Positions 19,468 to 32,400 of a stretch of DNA of 64,000 nt are shown here, piece by piece. Below the pieces are notes generated by a model that had not been told where the DNA came from, searched no databases, and worked only from the letters and a program-made list of their open reading frames with translations. The stretch comes from an uncultured Verrucomicrobiota bacterium (GTDB taxonomy: Bacteria; Verrucomicrobiota; Verrucomicrobiia; Limisphaerales; CAIQOK01): positions 11,985 to 75,984 of the forward strand of contig CAIQOK010000163.1 of NCBI GenBank assembly GCA_903873415.1, read 5' to 3'. Position 1 is the stretch's first letter, and each line of letters starts with the position of its first letter. The translations under genes were made by a program, and so were the position numbers.

Positions 19468-19616
19468 GGAACTCTCATCCTTTCCTTCACCCGCCAGATG
19501 AACCGAAAACAGCGATGCAAAAGGGCTCGTTGCCCCCGATCTTATTCACTTATCCATCCTTGATCACCACTTCAATTGCGAAGGTTAGGTTCATGGTCGG
19601 TCGGACGCCTGATCTG

Positions 19617-19655
19617 GGAAATAAAAAAGCGGCGGTCCGTTGCCGGACCGCCGCT
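19617..19655 (-). terminator. Rho-independent terminator of gap
   Basis: On the minus strand the sequence is agcggcggtccg-gcaa-cggaccgccgct followed by ttttttattt: a 12-bp perfect stem with a T-run, about 20 nt after the gap stop. Confidence 0.85.
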
Positions 19656-19673
19656 GCAAGCTTCAATTTGGGA

Positions 19674-20738
<1,065 letters not shown>

Positions 20739-21071
20739 TTAAATACCGATTTGACTGCGCATGGTAACGGGGGCGGCCCACGGGTCAACGAAGAATTCCA
20801 AAGTGGTCGCGGCAGCGGGTTACCTCAAAAATGAAGATGGGGGATAAAACTGGTGGCGGAGGCGAAAGGCTCCGGCTTTATTTTGCCATGAGTCAACCGG
20901 CATGGCGTTGCTTGTTTCCGTCGGTGTGGTTTTTTGGACTGGATTGTTGAGCCGCGAAAACCCGGGAAAATCCCGGCTTGCTTTCCCGCCGCGCCCGGCT
21001 AATCTGGAACTCTGCCGTATCCGGCCAAGCCGGAAGGCAAAAAAAGATTTAAGCACGACCTTTTAGATTTT

Positions 21072-21629
21072 ATGGCATCAGCAAACGACCTCCGCCGCGG
21101 CATGGCGATCAATTACAACGGCGACATCTGTGTGGTTCTGGATTTCCAGCACCGTACTCCCGGTAATTTGCGCGCTTTTGTCCAAGCCACCCTGCGCAGC
21201 ATCCGCACCGGCAAATCCTCCGACATCCGGCTCAGCTCAACCGAGCGGATCGAGCCTGTCCCCATGATCACCAAGAAGATGGAGTTCAGCTACAAGGACG
21301 GTCAGGATTTTGTGTTCACCGATCCAGAGACTTACGAGACGGTGAATGTCACGCCTGAGCTGGTGGGAGACGCCAAGAATTTTCTGGTTGAAAACGGACT
21401 CGTCACCATGGTCTTCGTTGAGGACAAGGCGGTCTCTGTTGAAATCCCCCCCTCGGTCATTCTTACCGTGTCAGATGCTCCGGAAGGCATTCGCGGCGAT
21501 TCTGCAAACAATATGCAGAAACCCATCACGCTGGAAACCGGCATCACCATTCAGGCTCCCCTCTTCATTAAAACCGGTGAGAAGATCAAGGTGGATACGC
21601 GGACCGCGAAATACATGGAACGCGCCTGA
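21072..21629 (+). CDS. efp: Elongation factor P
   Basis: 185 aa, starting MASANDLRRGMAINYNGDICVVLDFQHRTPGNLRAFVQATLRSIRTGK. Length and pattern are typical of EF-P. Confidence 0.95.
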   Translation: MASANDLRRGMAINYNGDICVVLDFQHRTPGNLRAFVQATLRSIRTGKSSDIRLSSTERIEPVPMITKKMEFSYKDGQDFVFTDPETYETVNVTPELVGDAKNFLVENGLVTMVFVEDKAVSVEIPPSVILTVSDAPEGIRGDSANNMQKPITLETGITIQAPLFIKTGEKIKVDTRTAKYMERA

Positions 21630-21664
21630 GGCGGTCCACTCTGATTCCTCCATTTTGAAATTGT

Positions 21665-21691
21665 AGGCCCGCCTCTGGCGGGCCTTTTTTC
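21665..21691 (+). terminator. Rho-independent terminator of efp
   Basis: Sequence is aggcccgcc-tctg-gcgggcct followed by tttttt. Confidence 0.8.
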
Positions 21692-21978
21692 TGGGCGAAA
21701 CCTCAGGCTGAACTCCCATCCTTCACCAGCGCAGCACCCGCAGACCGCGATGCCGCATGCGGCTTGGCATCAACCATGTCTCCTTTGGATCCACCGCCTT
21801 CCCGGGTGGCAAACGCGATGCGGTGAATTGTCTGGTTTGTTTTCTGGCCGGCAGCCGGTTTGGGCCGGCAGACTTCTTGGAAGCGGACAGTGTCGCCGGA
21901 AATGTCCGCATAAAGAAAGATCAGGGTTGATATGGCGGCAAATTGCGGGCCTGTCGCCCCGTTTCAGAAACAACCCAG

Positions 21979-23571
21979 TCACTCCTGCGGACTGATCGAC
22001 GCCGCAGCCGGCAGGTTGGACCGCGCCTCGAGAAATCTTTTCAATTCCTCGGCCGCCTTGCCGCCAAACCCGGAAACCTCGGCAATCTGTTCCGTGCTTG
22101 CCAGCCGGAGCCTCTGCAGGGATCCGAATTTTTTCAGAAGTGCCGTCTTCCGCTTCTCCCCCAGATTCGGGAATTCGTCCAGGAGGCTTTCGGAGATTTT
22201 TTTCAGGCGCAGCTCGGCGTTGTAGGAGTTGGCCACGCGATGGCATTCGTCGCGCACCCGCTGAAGGAGCTTGACTGCCGGATGGTTCAATCCGAGGCGC
22301 AGTGGCGTGCTTTCTCCAGGGCGGTGGATCTCTTCGAATTCCTTGGCCAGGCCGATAACGGGGATTTTTTCCAGGCCTAATTTTTTCAACTCAGCGCAGG
22401 CCATTCCCAGCTGTCCCTTGCCGCCGTCGATCAGAATCAGGTCGGGCAAAAGAGGATGGGGAGTTTTCGAGTCGGGAGGGGGAGCCTGGTCCGGCATCTC
22501 TTTCTCCGCTTTATCCGCCTGCGGTTGCGCGGCGGTTAGCTCCTTTTTCAGGCGGGAATAGCGTCTTCGCACCACTTCGGCCATGCTGGCGAAATCGTTC
22601 TGCCCCTGAACACCCTGGATTTTGAACCGGCGGTAATTGGCGCGGTCGGGCCGTCCGTTTTTAAAGCTCACCAGCGACGCCACGCAGAAAGTGCCGCTGA
22701 TGTTCGAGATGTCAAAGCCCTCGATGCGCCGCGGCGGCCCGGGTAGGCAAAGAACCGCGGCCAGCGCGGCCAGATCCTTTTCCGGGTCTAGTGCGATGGG
22801 CAGGCTGTAGGGCATACGCTCGAATTTCTCGGTTTTTTTCGCCAGATATTTCAGGTCTTGTATCAGGTCGCGCAGTTGGGCCGCGCGCTCGAAATTCTGC
22901 GCGGCCGCCGCCTTTTTCATCTCGCCCTCAAGTTGCTCCTGCATTTCCACGCACTGGCCGCCGATGAAATCGCAGGCCGCGTTGACCTGTTCGAGATACT
23001 GGTCGCGGGTCACGTTGCCGATACAGGGCGCCGTGCAGTGTTTGATGTGCGCGTAGAGGCAGTGTTTGTAATCGCGTTGGCCGGGGGTCAGCGGGCGGCA
23101 GCCGCGCAGATTGAACTGCCGCCTAGCCAAAGCCAGGGTGCTGCGCAACGCCCCCGAATCTGGAAACGGTCCGAAATAGCGCGCACCGTCCTCCTGCTTG
23201 AGCCGGGTCAGGGTAAAGCGCGGGATCGGGTCGTTCAGGTTCACCTTGAGCATCAGGTAGTTCTTATCGTCGCGGAAGCTCACGTTGTAGCGCGGATGCA
23301 GCTCCTTGATCAGCTTGCTCTCCAGCAGCAGCGCCTCCGGCTCGCTGCCGACGGTGTGGAAATCGAAATCGTGGATGGCGTCGACCAGCGCGCGGAATTT
23401 CAGGTCCCAGCCCATGCGGCGTGAGGATTGGAAATACTGGCTGACACGCTTGCGCAGGTCGCGGGCTTTGCCGACATAGATGACCGTGCCGAAGCGGTCC
23501 TTGTGCAGGTAGACACCCGGTTTGTGGGGAACGTTTCCGAGCTTTTGCCGAATGACTTCTTTGACGGACAC
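21979..23571 (-). CDS. uvrC: Excinuclease ABC subunit C
   Basis: GTG start. The GIY-YIG N-terminus reads KPGVYLHKDRFGTVIYVGKARDLRKRVSQYF. A UVR motif (FERAAQLRDLIQDL) and a C-terminal HhH region are present. It lies 10 nt downstream of trpD. Confidence 0.9.
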   Translation of the reverse strand: MSVKEVIRQKLGNVPHKPGVYLHKDRFGTVIYVGKARDLRKRVSQYFQSSRRMGWDLKFRALVDAIHDFDFHTVGSEPEALLLESKLIKELHPRYNVSFRDDKNYLMLKVNLNDPIPRFTLTRLKQEDGARYFGPFPDSGALRSTLALARRQFNLRGCRPLTPGQRDYKHCLYAHIKHCTAPCIGNVTRDQYLEQVNAACDFIGGQCVEMQEQLEGEMKKAAAAQNFERAAQLRDLIQDLKYLAKKTEKFERMPYSLPIALDPEKDLAALAAVLCLPGPPRRIEGFDISNISGTFCVASLVSFKNGRPDRANYRRFKIQGVQGQNDFASMAEVVRRRYSRLKKELTAAQPQADKAEKEMPDQAPPPDSKTPHPLLPDLILIDGGKGQLGMACAELKKLGLEKIPVIGLAKEFEEIHRPGESTPLRLGLNHPAVKLLQRVRDECHRVANSYNAELRLKKISESLLDEFPNLGEKRKTALLKKFGSLQRLRLASTEQIAEVSGFGGKAAEELKRFLEARSNLPAAASISPQE

Positions 23572-23581
23572 GAGGGGATTG

Positions 23582-24652
23582 TCAGTGACCGCCCAGTTCT
23601 GTCAACTTTCCCATCGCGGCACCGTCGTCGATCAGTCTGCCGGCCAGATCCCAGCCCTCGATGAGCGAGCGGGTGCGCCCGGCGACAAACAGGGCCGCGG
23701 CCGCGTTGAGGAGAACAGCATCCCGTTTTGGACCATGGTCCTCGCCGCGCAGAAGCCGGCATACAATCTTGGCGTTCTCCTCGCGTCCCCCGCCGGTCAG
23801 GTCGGCAAGTGTCGCGCGTTGCAGCGGGAAGGGATCCAGTGACAGGCCCGAGACGGTAAAGCCGCGTTCCTGATAGAATTCCGCAATTTGATTTTCCCCG
23901 AGCGTCGAGAGTTCATCGAGTTTTCCGCCGGGGGTGCTGCCGCAAACAACCATTGCCCGCCGGCTTCCCAGAGCCTGCACCACGCGGGCCATGGGTTCGC
24001 AGAGTTCCGGCCGGGGCACGCCAATGAGTTGGGCGGTGGGGTGCGCCGGGTTGAGCAGGGGGCCCAAGATATTGAAAATCGTGCGCTGGCCCCGCTCCGC
24101 GCAGAGTTTCCGTGCCGGGGCAATGTGTTTGAAGGCGGGGTGATAATTTGGGGCGAAGAAAAATGCGAAGTGATGATCCCTCAATGATTCAGCCGCCTCG
24201 CTCGGGGACAACCCCACGCTCACACCCAAGGATTCAAGCACATCGGCACTTCCGCACTTGGAGGTGATGGCTCGATTTCCGTGTTTGGCGACCGCGATGC
24301 CGGCGCTGGAGCAAAGGATGGCGACGGTGGTGGAAATGTTGAATGTGTTTAACTGGTCGCCGCCTGTACCAACCACATCCAGAATCTCCCGGGCGCGGGT
24401 GGACGGGTCAATGGGCACCGGGACGGATTTTTTACGCAGCGCCTTGGCGAAGGCGGCGATTTCACCAGTGGTCTCGCCCTTGCGGGCTAAAGCCGAAAGA
24501 AATTCCGCCTTGGTTGTTGCGGCCAGTTGCTCATCCACGAGGCAGTCCACTGCCGCATCCACCTGTTCGTCCGTGAGCGGGCGGGACGAGGCAAGGTCGT
24601 TTATCAAGTGTTCAAGCACAGCGCATTTTAAGAGCCCGGTGCCCAAGTCCAA
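23582..24652 (-). CDS. trpD: Anthranilate phosphoribosyltransferase
   Basis: Contains GETTGEIAAFAKALR, VVGTGGDQLNTFNISTTVA and AKHGNRAITSKCGSADVLESLGV. Confidence 0.92.
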   Translation of the reverse strand: MDLGTGLLKCAVLEHLINDLASSRPLTDEQVDAAVDCLVDEQLAATTKAEFLSALARKGETTGEIAAFAKALRKKSVPVPIDPSTRAREILDVVGTGGDQLNTFNISTTVAILCSSAGIAVAKHGNRAITSKCGSADVLESLGVSVGLSPSEAAESLRDHHFAFFFAPNYHPAFKHIAPARKLCAERGQRTIFNILGPLLNPAHPTAQLIGVPRPELCEPMARVVQALGSRRAMVVCGSTPGGKLDELSTLGENQIAEFYQERGFTVSGLSLDPFPLQRATLADLTGGGREENAKIVCRLLRGEDHGPKRDAVLLNAAAALFVAGRTRSLIEGWDLAGRLIDDGAAMGKLTELGGH

Positions 24653-24837
24653 AGAGGAAAGTTTCCGGCTGCACGCCGTCCCTCCGGGGCTGGTACATTT
24701 GCGCCGCGCTTTTCGGGGTGGAATTCGTTTGATCTCACGCCATCGTCTCGGCGACTCTCTCCTTACCGCTCAGGATCCGGGAACACGTGAGTGGTCGCCC
24801 GTTTCGGCCGTCGGAAGGGGTTGTTGTCTACCCGGCC

Positions 24838-26094
24838 ATGAGTAGAAAGTTTTTTTGCATGAAGTGGATTCTTTTTTTGGTTGTGGCGGTCTCCACCCTG
24901 GGGGGCGGCTGGTGGTATTACTCGCACCGGCCCGACCCCGCGCCGCAGTATCAGGTCAGCGCCGTCAGTCGCGGCGATATTCTCCAATCCGTGACCGCCA
25001 CGGGCGCTTTGAATCCGGTCACCAACGTGACGGTGGGCAGCCAGATTTCCGGCATCATTCAGAGCCTAGGGGCCGATTGGAACACGCGGGTCAAAGCCAA
25101 CCAGGTGGTGGCCCAATTGGATCCCGCAACCTACCTGGCGGCGATGCAACAGGCTGAGGGGGATCTGGCCAACTCCCGCGCCAATCTCGAACTGGCCCAG
25201 ATTCAAGCCCGGCGCGCCGATGAACTGTTCAAAGACAAATTGATTTCCGGGTCCGACCACGACACGGCCGTTGCAAATCTGCATCAGGCCCAGGCTGTGG
25301 TGCAGATCAAGCAGGCGGCGCTGGATAATTCCAAGGTGAATTTCTCCCGCTGTACCATTCGCTCGCCGGTCGACGGGGTGGTTATCTCTCGCAATGTGGA
25401 TGTCGGTCAGACGGTGGCGGCTAGCCTTTCCGCGCCGACCCTCTTTGTGATCGCCAACGACCTGACTCAGATGCAGATCGACGCGAGTGTTGCTGAGGCT
25501 GATGTGGGGAGCATTGCGGAGGGGCAGAAGGTTAATTTCACGGTCGACGCCTTTCCCTATCGCACCTTCGGCGGCAAAGTCGTGCAGGTGCGCAGCTCTC
25601 CCACCACTGTGCAGAATGTGGTCACCTACGATACGGTCATTGCCGTGAACAATGATGATTTGAAGCTCAAGCCCGGCATGACGGCGAATGTCTCCATCAC
25701 CATTGCCGAGCGAACCAATGTGCTGCGGGTGGCCAATGCCGCGCTGCGATTCAAGCTGCCCGAAACCATTACGGGCTCAACCAATTCCCTCTCGTCAAAC
25801 AGTTCCGATGCCCATCATTCCGGCGGGGCGGCGGCGGGCGCAGGTGGCCGCCGGCCGCGGGGCGAGCGCAATGTGCGCAATGTTTACACCTTGCCTCCCG
25901 ACTCGGACAAAAAGGACTTGCCCGTGCGGCCTGTCCAAACCCAGATCAAAGTCGGTATTTCCGATGGATTCACGACAGAGGTGAAAGACGGGCTCGGCGA
26001 GGGAGACCGGGTGGTGACCGCCGTGATGCAGTCGGCGACGGGTGTCTCGGCGCCATCCACCAATCCTTTTGGCGGTGGATTCCAAAGGCGCTAG
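24838..26094 (+). CDS. Efflux transporter periplasmic adaptor subunit (HlyD/MacA-like)
   Basis: N-terminal TM or signal segment (MSRKFFCMKWILFLVVAVSTL), then a coiled-coil hairpin region and beta-barrel blocks (IRSPVDGVVISRNVDVGQTV, FTVDAFP...GKV). It sits directly upstream of the MacB-type ABC genes. The start is either 24838 or 24859. Confidence 0.8.
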   Translation: MSRKFFCMKWILFLVVAVSTLGGGWWYYSHRPDPAPQYQVSAVSRGDILQSVTATGALNPVTNVTVGSQISGIIQSLGADWNTRVKANQVVAQLDPATYLAAMQQAEGDLANSRANLELAQIQARRADELFKDKLISGSDHDTAVANLHQAQAVVQIKQAALDNSKVNFSRCTIRSPVDGVVISRNVDVGQTVAASLSAPTLFVIANDLTQMQIDASVAEADVGSIAEGQKVNFTVDAFPYRTFGGKVVQVRSSPTTVQNVVTYDTVIAVNNDDLKLKPGMTANVSITIAERTNVLRVANAALRFKLPETITGSTNSLSSNSSDAHHSGGAAAGAGGRRPRGERNVRNVYTLPPDSDKKDLPVRPVQTQIKVGISDGFTTEVKDGLGEGDRVVTAVMQSATGVSAPSTNPFGGGFQRR

Positions 26095-26123
26095 CCGCCT
26101 TTCCCTCACATCAAAGTTCCGAA

Positions 26124-26878
<755 letters not shown>

Positions 26879-26882
<4 letters not shown>

Positions 26883-28087
26883 GAATCTTTGCCACTCTTC
26901 GGCTGGCTGTCCGCGCCCTGCGCCGCAACAAGCTGCGTTCGCTGCTGACCATGCTTGGCATCATTATCGGCGTAGGGTCGGTCATCGCCGCAGTGAGCAT
27001 CACCACCGGCGCCACAAAGCAGGTGGAGGATCGCGTTGCCAGTCTTGGACAGAATATAGTGATGGTCTACTCCGGCAATTTCAACACGGGCGGCACCCGC
27101 GGCGGGTGGGGGAGCGCTCCAACACTCACCGTCGAGGATGCGGAGGCGATCCGGCGGGAAGTCCCAAGCGTGGCGGCCACCAGCCCCGAGGTCCGCGACC
27201 AGTATCAGGTTTTGGGTAATGGGTTGAATTGCAACACCACGATCTACGGCGAGGATGTCGACTTTCTCCATATCCGCTCTTGGAATATTGAGGAGGGGGT
27301 CATGTTTACCGATGCCGATGTGCGAAGTCTGGCGAAAGTGGCGGTGATTGGGCGGACGGTGGCCGACCAGCTTTTTCCAAACCAAAATCCCGTTGGCGAA
27401 ACCATCCGGGTGCGCGACATCCCCTTCAAGGTGGTCGGGCTTCTTGAGCAGAAGGGCTTCAGTGTGTTCGGGCGCGATCAGGACGATTTGGTGTTGGTTC
27501 CCTATACCAGTCACATGCGGCGTGTGGCCCGCAGAACTTACATCAATAACGTTCTGGTTGAAGCTGCCACCCCCGAGTCCATCAACCAGGTGCAAGCCGA
27601 TATCACCTCTCTCCTCAAGGCGCGTCATCGCAGTATTGAGCCGGATTTCACGGTCCGGACCCAGCTCGAAGTGGCTCAAATGGCTACTGCCACCGCCAAG
27701 ATCATGTCCGTTCTGCTGGCCGCCATCGCTAGCGTCTCTCTTATCGTCGGAGGCATCGGCATCATGAATATCATGCTGGTCAGCGTCACCGAGCGGACCC
27801 GGGAGATCGGGATTCGCATGGCCGTGGGCGCCCGGGCAAGGGATATTCTGGTTCAATTCCTCATCGAGGCGGTGACCTTGAGTGCGTTGGGTGGATTGAT
27901 TGGAATTGGCTTGGGGATGGGGGCCTCAAAAATTGTGGCTTACTCCACCGGCTGGCCAACTCTCACCCCGTTTTCTTGGGTTGGCATCGCATCCCTGTCC
28001 AGCGCGGTGGTCGGTGTCATTTCCGGCTTCTATCCTGCTTGGAAGGCTTCCAAACTTGATCCGATTGACGCCCTGCGCTACGAGTGA
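26879..28087 (+). CDS. ABC transporter permease (MacB_PCD + FtsX-like)
   Basis: Starts RLAVRALRRNKLRSLLTMLGIIIGVGSVIA and has the C-terminal FtsX-type block GGIGIMNIMLVSVTERTREIGIRMAVGA. It overlaps the ATPase gene by 4 nt. Confidence 0.88.
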
Positions 28088-29112
28088 TGCACGCCGAAGT
28101 TCTTTCCACCCATACTGCGGCTCTCTTTGCCGTGGCGGTGCAGCGCGCAGCGGCTCTGCTCCGGGCCGGCGAGGTGGTGGCTTTGCCGACCGAAACCGTC
28201 TATGGCCTGGCTGCCAATGCGCTCGATCCAAAGGCCGTAGCCCGTATTTTTGAAATTAAGGGACGGCCCGCCCATAACCCCATCATTGTCCACGTCGCGA
28301 GTTTGGATCTGGCCCGAAATTGTGCCGGCTCATGGCCTCAGAGCGCCGGGCATCTCTCAAGGGCCTTCTGGCCCGGCCCTCTCACCTTGGTGTTGCCACG
28401 TTCCATGATCATTCCGGATTCCGTGACTGCGGGTGGCGGAACCGTTGGGATTCGCTGGCCTAGCCATCCATTCATGCAGGCGGTAATCCGGGAGTGTGGT
28501 TTTCCACTGGCCGCGCCGAGCGCCAATCTTTCTAATCAGCTCTCTCCCACCAATGCGGGGCACGTGTTGAAACAGCTCGGCGACCGCTTGCCGCTTATTG
28601 TGGACGGTGGCCAGGCCCAGATCGGGCTGGAATCCACCGTGCTGGATTTGAGCTCTGCCACTCCGCAGGTGCTTCGGCAGGGCATGATTCATGATGAATC
28701 TTTGGCGGCGGTCCTGTCGGAGCTTGCCAGTCCCTTGACGCAGGCAACAGCGGTGCGGGGCGCGTGTTCCGCCCTGCGCAGTCCGGGACTCTTGGAAAAA
28801 CATTATTCGCCCCGGGCCAAACTGGTCGTCCGGCGGTGGCGGGACGGGGCCGATTTGAAAGCTCAAATGAGGGAGGAGGGTTGGGAAATTGAGAGGGTTC
28901 ACATCATTGCCCACACCCAAATCCCGCTTGAGGCCGGATTTGGAGGTGTAAGTTTGATCCCGCATGATGCCGAGGCGTTTGCGCGGGCCCTCTACGCGGA
29001 GTTGCATTGCTGCGATGATGCCGGTGCCGAGCTGATTGTGGTGGAGGCACCGCCTGAAACCGCACATTGGCGGGCGATTGCCGACCGCCTGAAGCGGGCT
29101 TCGGCCGGTTGA
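28087..29112 (+). CDS. tsaC: L-threonylcarbamoyladenylate synthase, long Sua5-type (YrdC + SUA5 domains)
   Basis: Contains LPTETVYGLAANALDPKAVARIFEIKGRPAHNPIIVHV. The ~340-aa length implies the extra C-terminal domain. The ATG overlaps the permease stop (TGATG). Confidence 0.88.
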   Translation: MHAEVLSTHTAALFAVAVQRAAALLRAGEVVALPTETVYGLAANALDPKAVARIFEIKGRPAHNPIIVHVASLDLARNCAGSWPQSAGHLSRAFWPGPLTLVLPRSMIIPDSVTAGGGTVGIRWPSHPFMQAVIRECGFPLAAPSANLSNQLSPTNAGHVLKQLGDRLPLIVDGGQAQIGLESTVLDLSSATPQVLRQGMIHDESLAAVLSELASPLTQATAVRGACSALRSPGLLEKHYSPRAKLVVRRWRDGADLKAQMREEGWEIERVHIIAHTQIPLEAGFGGVSLIPHDAEAFARALYAELHCCDDAGAELIVVEAPPETAHWRAIADRLKRASAG

Positions 29113-29422
29113 TGCGCAGCCGTTGCGGTTTGTTTGCGGGCTGATTGCGTGAACTTAAAAACCGTGGCTTCAGGGCGGTTTTATTGGAGTGCTGTAAAAC
29201 GATCCACTCGTCCGCAGTGTGGAGGAAACCCGCAATCCAGGATCCCTGACGGTCCGCGCACCTGTGGTTTGGCCATTCTTGGCCCGGCTGCGGCAACCGG
29301 ATTGCTGCTGCTGCCCTTTGCTGGCTGGTTGGATGCCCTGGTTGAGTTGCCAAGAGCAAGCCGGCCGCTTCGGGCGGTTTGTTCCACCTTCAGCCCTTGC
29401 CGGCTTGTGCCCGGATCCGTGT

Positions 29423-32400
29423 TTATCCCCGCTCAAGCGGGTTGGCAAGAGTTAGAGCCAGTTCTTTTATCCGGCGCAAATCAAGCTTGCCGGTGCCCAG
29501 AAGCGGAAAGCTCTCCACCCGGTAGTATGCGTCCGCTTTGGGTTTCCAGAGATTGGGAAGATCGGAGGCGGCGAGATGCTCTTGGCAGGCGGTCAGTCCG
29601 GCCTCATCGAATTTCTGGAGCACCAGCACCGCCAGACGTTCGCCCTTCTTCTCATCCGGCACCCCGGCCACCACAAAGGTCTGTTCGGCGACACCGGCAA
29701 GTTCGTGCAGCTTTTCCTCCACTTTCAGGTGCGGTACCATTTCGCCCCCGATCTTGCTGAACCGGTTCAAACGCCCTGTGATCTGCAGAAAACCGTCCGT
29801 GTCAAGAACCGCCATATCGCCGGTCACATACCAGCCGTCTCGGAGCACCTCGGCCGTCTTGGTGGGTTGGCCCAGATAGCCCAGCATCACATTCGGGCCG
29901 CGGACGAGCAGCATGCCCGGCTCGCCCAGCGGTTGGGTGTTTGCGGCCAGCGGGTTCTCGGGATCCACAATCCGCACGCAAACGCCCGGCAAGGGGTGTC
30001 CTATCTTGCCGCGCTTGGCGCCGACCTGGCGGAAGCCGGCCGCGCGGAAATCCGGGCTGTTCACGGCCACGGCCGGGGCGCATTCGGTGGTTCCGTAGCC
30101 TTCAAACGGGCGGATGCCGAATTTTTCCTCGAACGCGGCGGCCAGCCGGTCAGGCAGTTTTTCCGCCCCGGTCATCACGAAGCGCAGGCTGCCGAAATCT
30201 CCGGCCGCACAACCGCGCAGGTAGAATTGCAGGAAGGTGGGGGTGGCGAGCAGGAAGGTGACTTGTTGATGATTCGCCAAGGGTCCGATGGCGCGCGAGT
30301 CCAGAGGGTTGGGATGATAAACCGCCCCCGCACCCAGCAAGGCGGGCAGCGCCAAAGTGCCGGTGAACCCGAACGAGTGGAAGAAGGGCAGAATCCCCAG
30401 CAACCGGTCATGTCCTTCAAGGGCGAAGACCTGGCCTAATTGCTCCACATTCGAGGCGATATTGTAATGCGAGAGCATCACCCCCTTGGGATCGCCCGTG
30501 CTGCCGCTGGAGAAAATAACCGTGGCCAGATCTTCCAAGGCAATCTTGCGGCGGCACCCCAAGGCGAGTTCCAGCAGTCTGACCGGCACCCATTTGGCCA
30601 GAAAAAGCGCGCCGATTTTTTCCGACCCCGATGGTTTTGCGGCAATATCCTCGAGAAAAAGAACCCGGCCCGGCAGGTTGATTTTCACCTTCTCCAGAAA
30701 GGCCCGGGATGTGATGGTAGTCTCTATCTTGCATTGCCGCAGGCAGGAGGCCAGCGCCTCCGCCGAAAGGGTGTAGTTGAGGTTCACCGGCACTTTGCCG
30801 CAGAGCAATGCGGCTTGGTTTGCGAGAGCCCCCGCCGCACTGGGCGGCAGGAGCAAGCCCACCATCTCCTGTCCAGTCCACGTTCCTTTCAGGCGTCGTG
30901 CCAGAAAGACCGTCCGTGTCAGGGCGGTGCCGAAAGAGACCTTCGCATTCTGCGCATCCCCCAGCGCAAAGCGGCGGGGATGCGAGCGGCAGGAGCGAAC
31001 GAAACCGCGTTGCAGCGGCTCCATCCGGCCTCGCCGATACGGCCAGGCCCCGGCCAGCAATTCCTGAACCTCCTGACGCACCTCGAACGGGGTGGCGGTG
31101 GGCGGCAGAGGTTTTCCAAAACTCACGGTGACCGGATACGGGAGGCGGGCCGGGAGCCGCCAGACAAAGCGGCCCCCTTTGAAACTGCCGGGCCCACCCA
31201 GCAGCCCGTCCAGCGCTACGGGGATGATCGGGGCCTCCACGTTCTTCATGATGCGTCCCATCCCGCGCCGGAACGGGAGGAGCTGGCCGATCCGCGTGAT
31301 CTCGCCCTCGGCAAAAATACACACGACTTCACCGGCGCGAATGGCGTCGCTGGCGGCCTGCAGCGACTGGATCAGCTCGCGCGGCCGCTGTTCGGCGGAG
31401 ATTGGAATCACTCCGAGGATCTTATAGAACGGGTGGAGCCATCGGTTTTCATAAAGATCCTTGAACATGAGAAACCGCACCGACCGGTCGGTGGAGGCGA
31501 TCAGCAGCAAGGCATCCGCCCAGGAAACATGGTTGCAAACAAATAGCGCGCCGCCTTTGTCAGGGATGTTCTCCCGTCCCAAAACCCGAATGCGATAGAA
31601 GGAGTGGGTCACGCACCAGAGCGCAAAGCGCAGCAGGGCGTCGGGCAGCAGCACCACCACGTAGATGGCGGCTTCCAAGGTCAACACTCCAGAGGTCAGG
31701 AAAATTTGGCGGGGGGAAAAGTCCCAAACCTGGGCCAGCAGATAATGGGCGCCTGAAGCCAAAAATACACCGACGAAGGAGAGCAGATTGGCTGTTGCCA
31801 GCACTTCCCCCTTTTTGTCGGGATCGGGGCGGTGCTGCAGCAAGGCCGCCACGGGGACGATGAAAAAGCCCCCGGCCACTCCCAGTAAAGCCAAGCATAC
31901 CAGCGCGCCATTCACCGTGAGACCGGACACGGCCAGCGAGGCGGACATCACCGCCAAGCCGGTTGCGCCCAGCGGGACCAAGCCGTATTCGATTTTTCCG
32001 CCGGAGAGGTATCCCGCCGCCACACTGCCCAGACCGATGCCCAGCGCCAGAGCCACGTTGAGTTTCCCGATGCCGATCTCGTCCAGACCCAGGACGAAGG
32101 ATCCGTAAAAAAACAGGTTTAGCAGGAGCAGCGCGCCGATGAAGTTGAAATAAGTGTTTCCCAGAAGCGACAGGAACAAGGGGCGGTCGCGGCGGATGGC
32201 TCCCACCTGCCGCCAGACTTCGGCGGGAAAATTGGGCTGGAATTTTTTCAGGGGCGCCGCGGCGGGCACACGCGAAATACCTAGGCTCGTCGCCAACCCT
32301 AATCCCGCCAGCAGCATCAGAAAAACGCCCGACCAAGCGGGCTGGGCGCGGAAATGTGTGGACAGAAAAGCGGCCGCCACTGTGCCGAGAATGATGGCCA

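Noticed and set aside
29150-29190. Weak hairpin (aaaaccg-11 nt-cggtttt) in the convergent tsaC/aas gap as a possible bidirectional terminator.
   Set aside because: The stem is only 7 bp and A/T-rich, with a large loop. That is not convincing.
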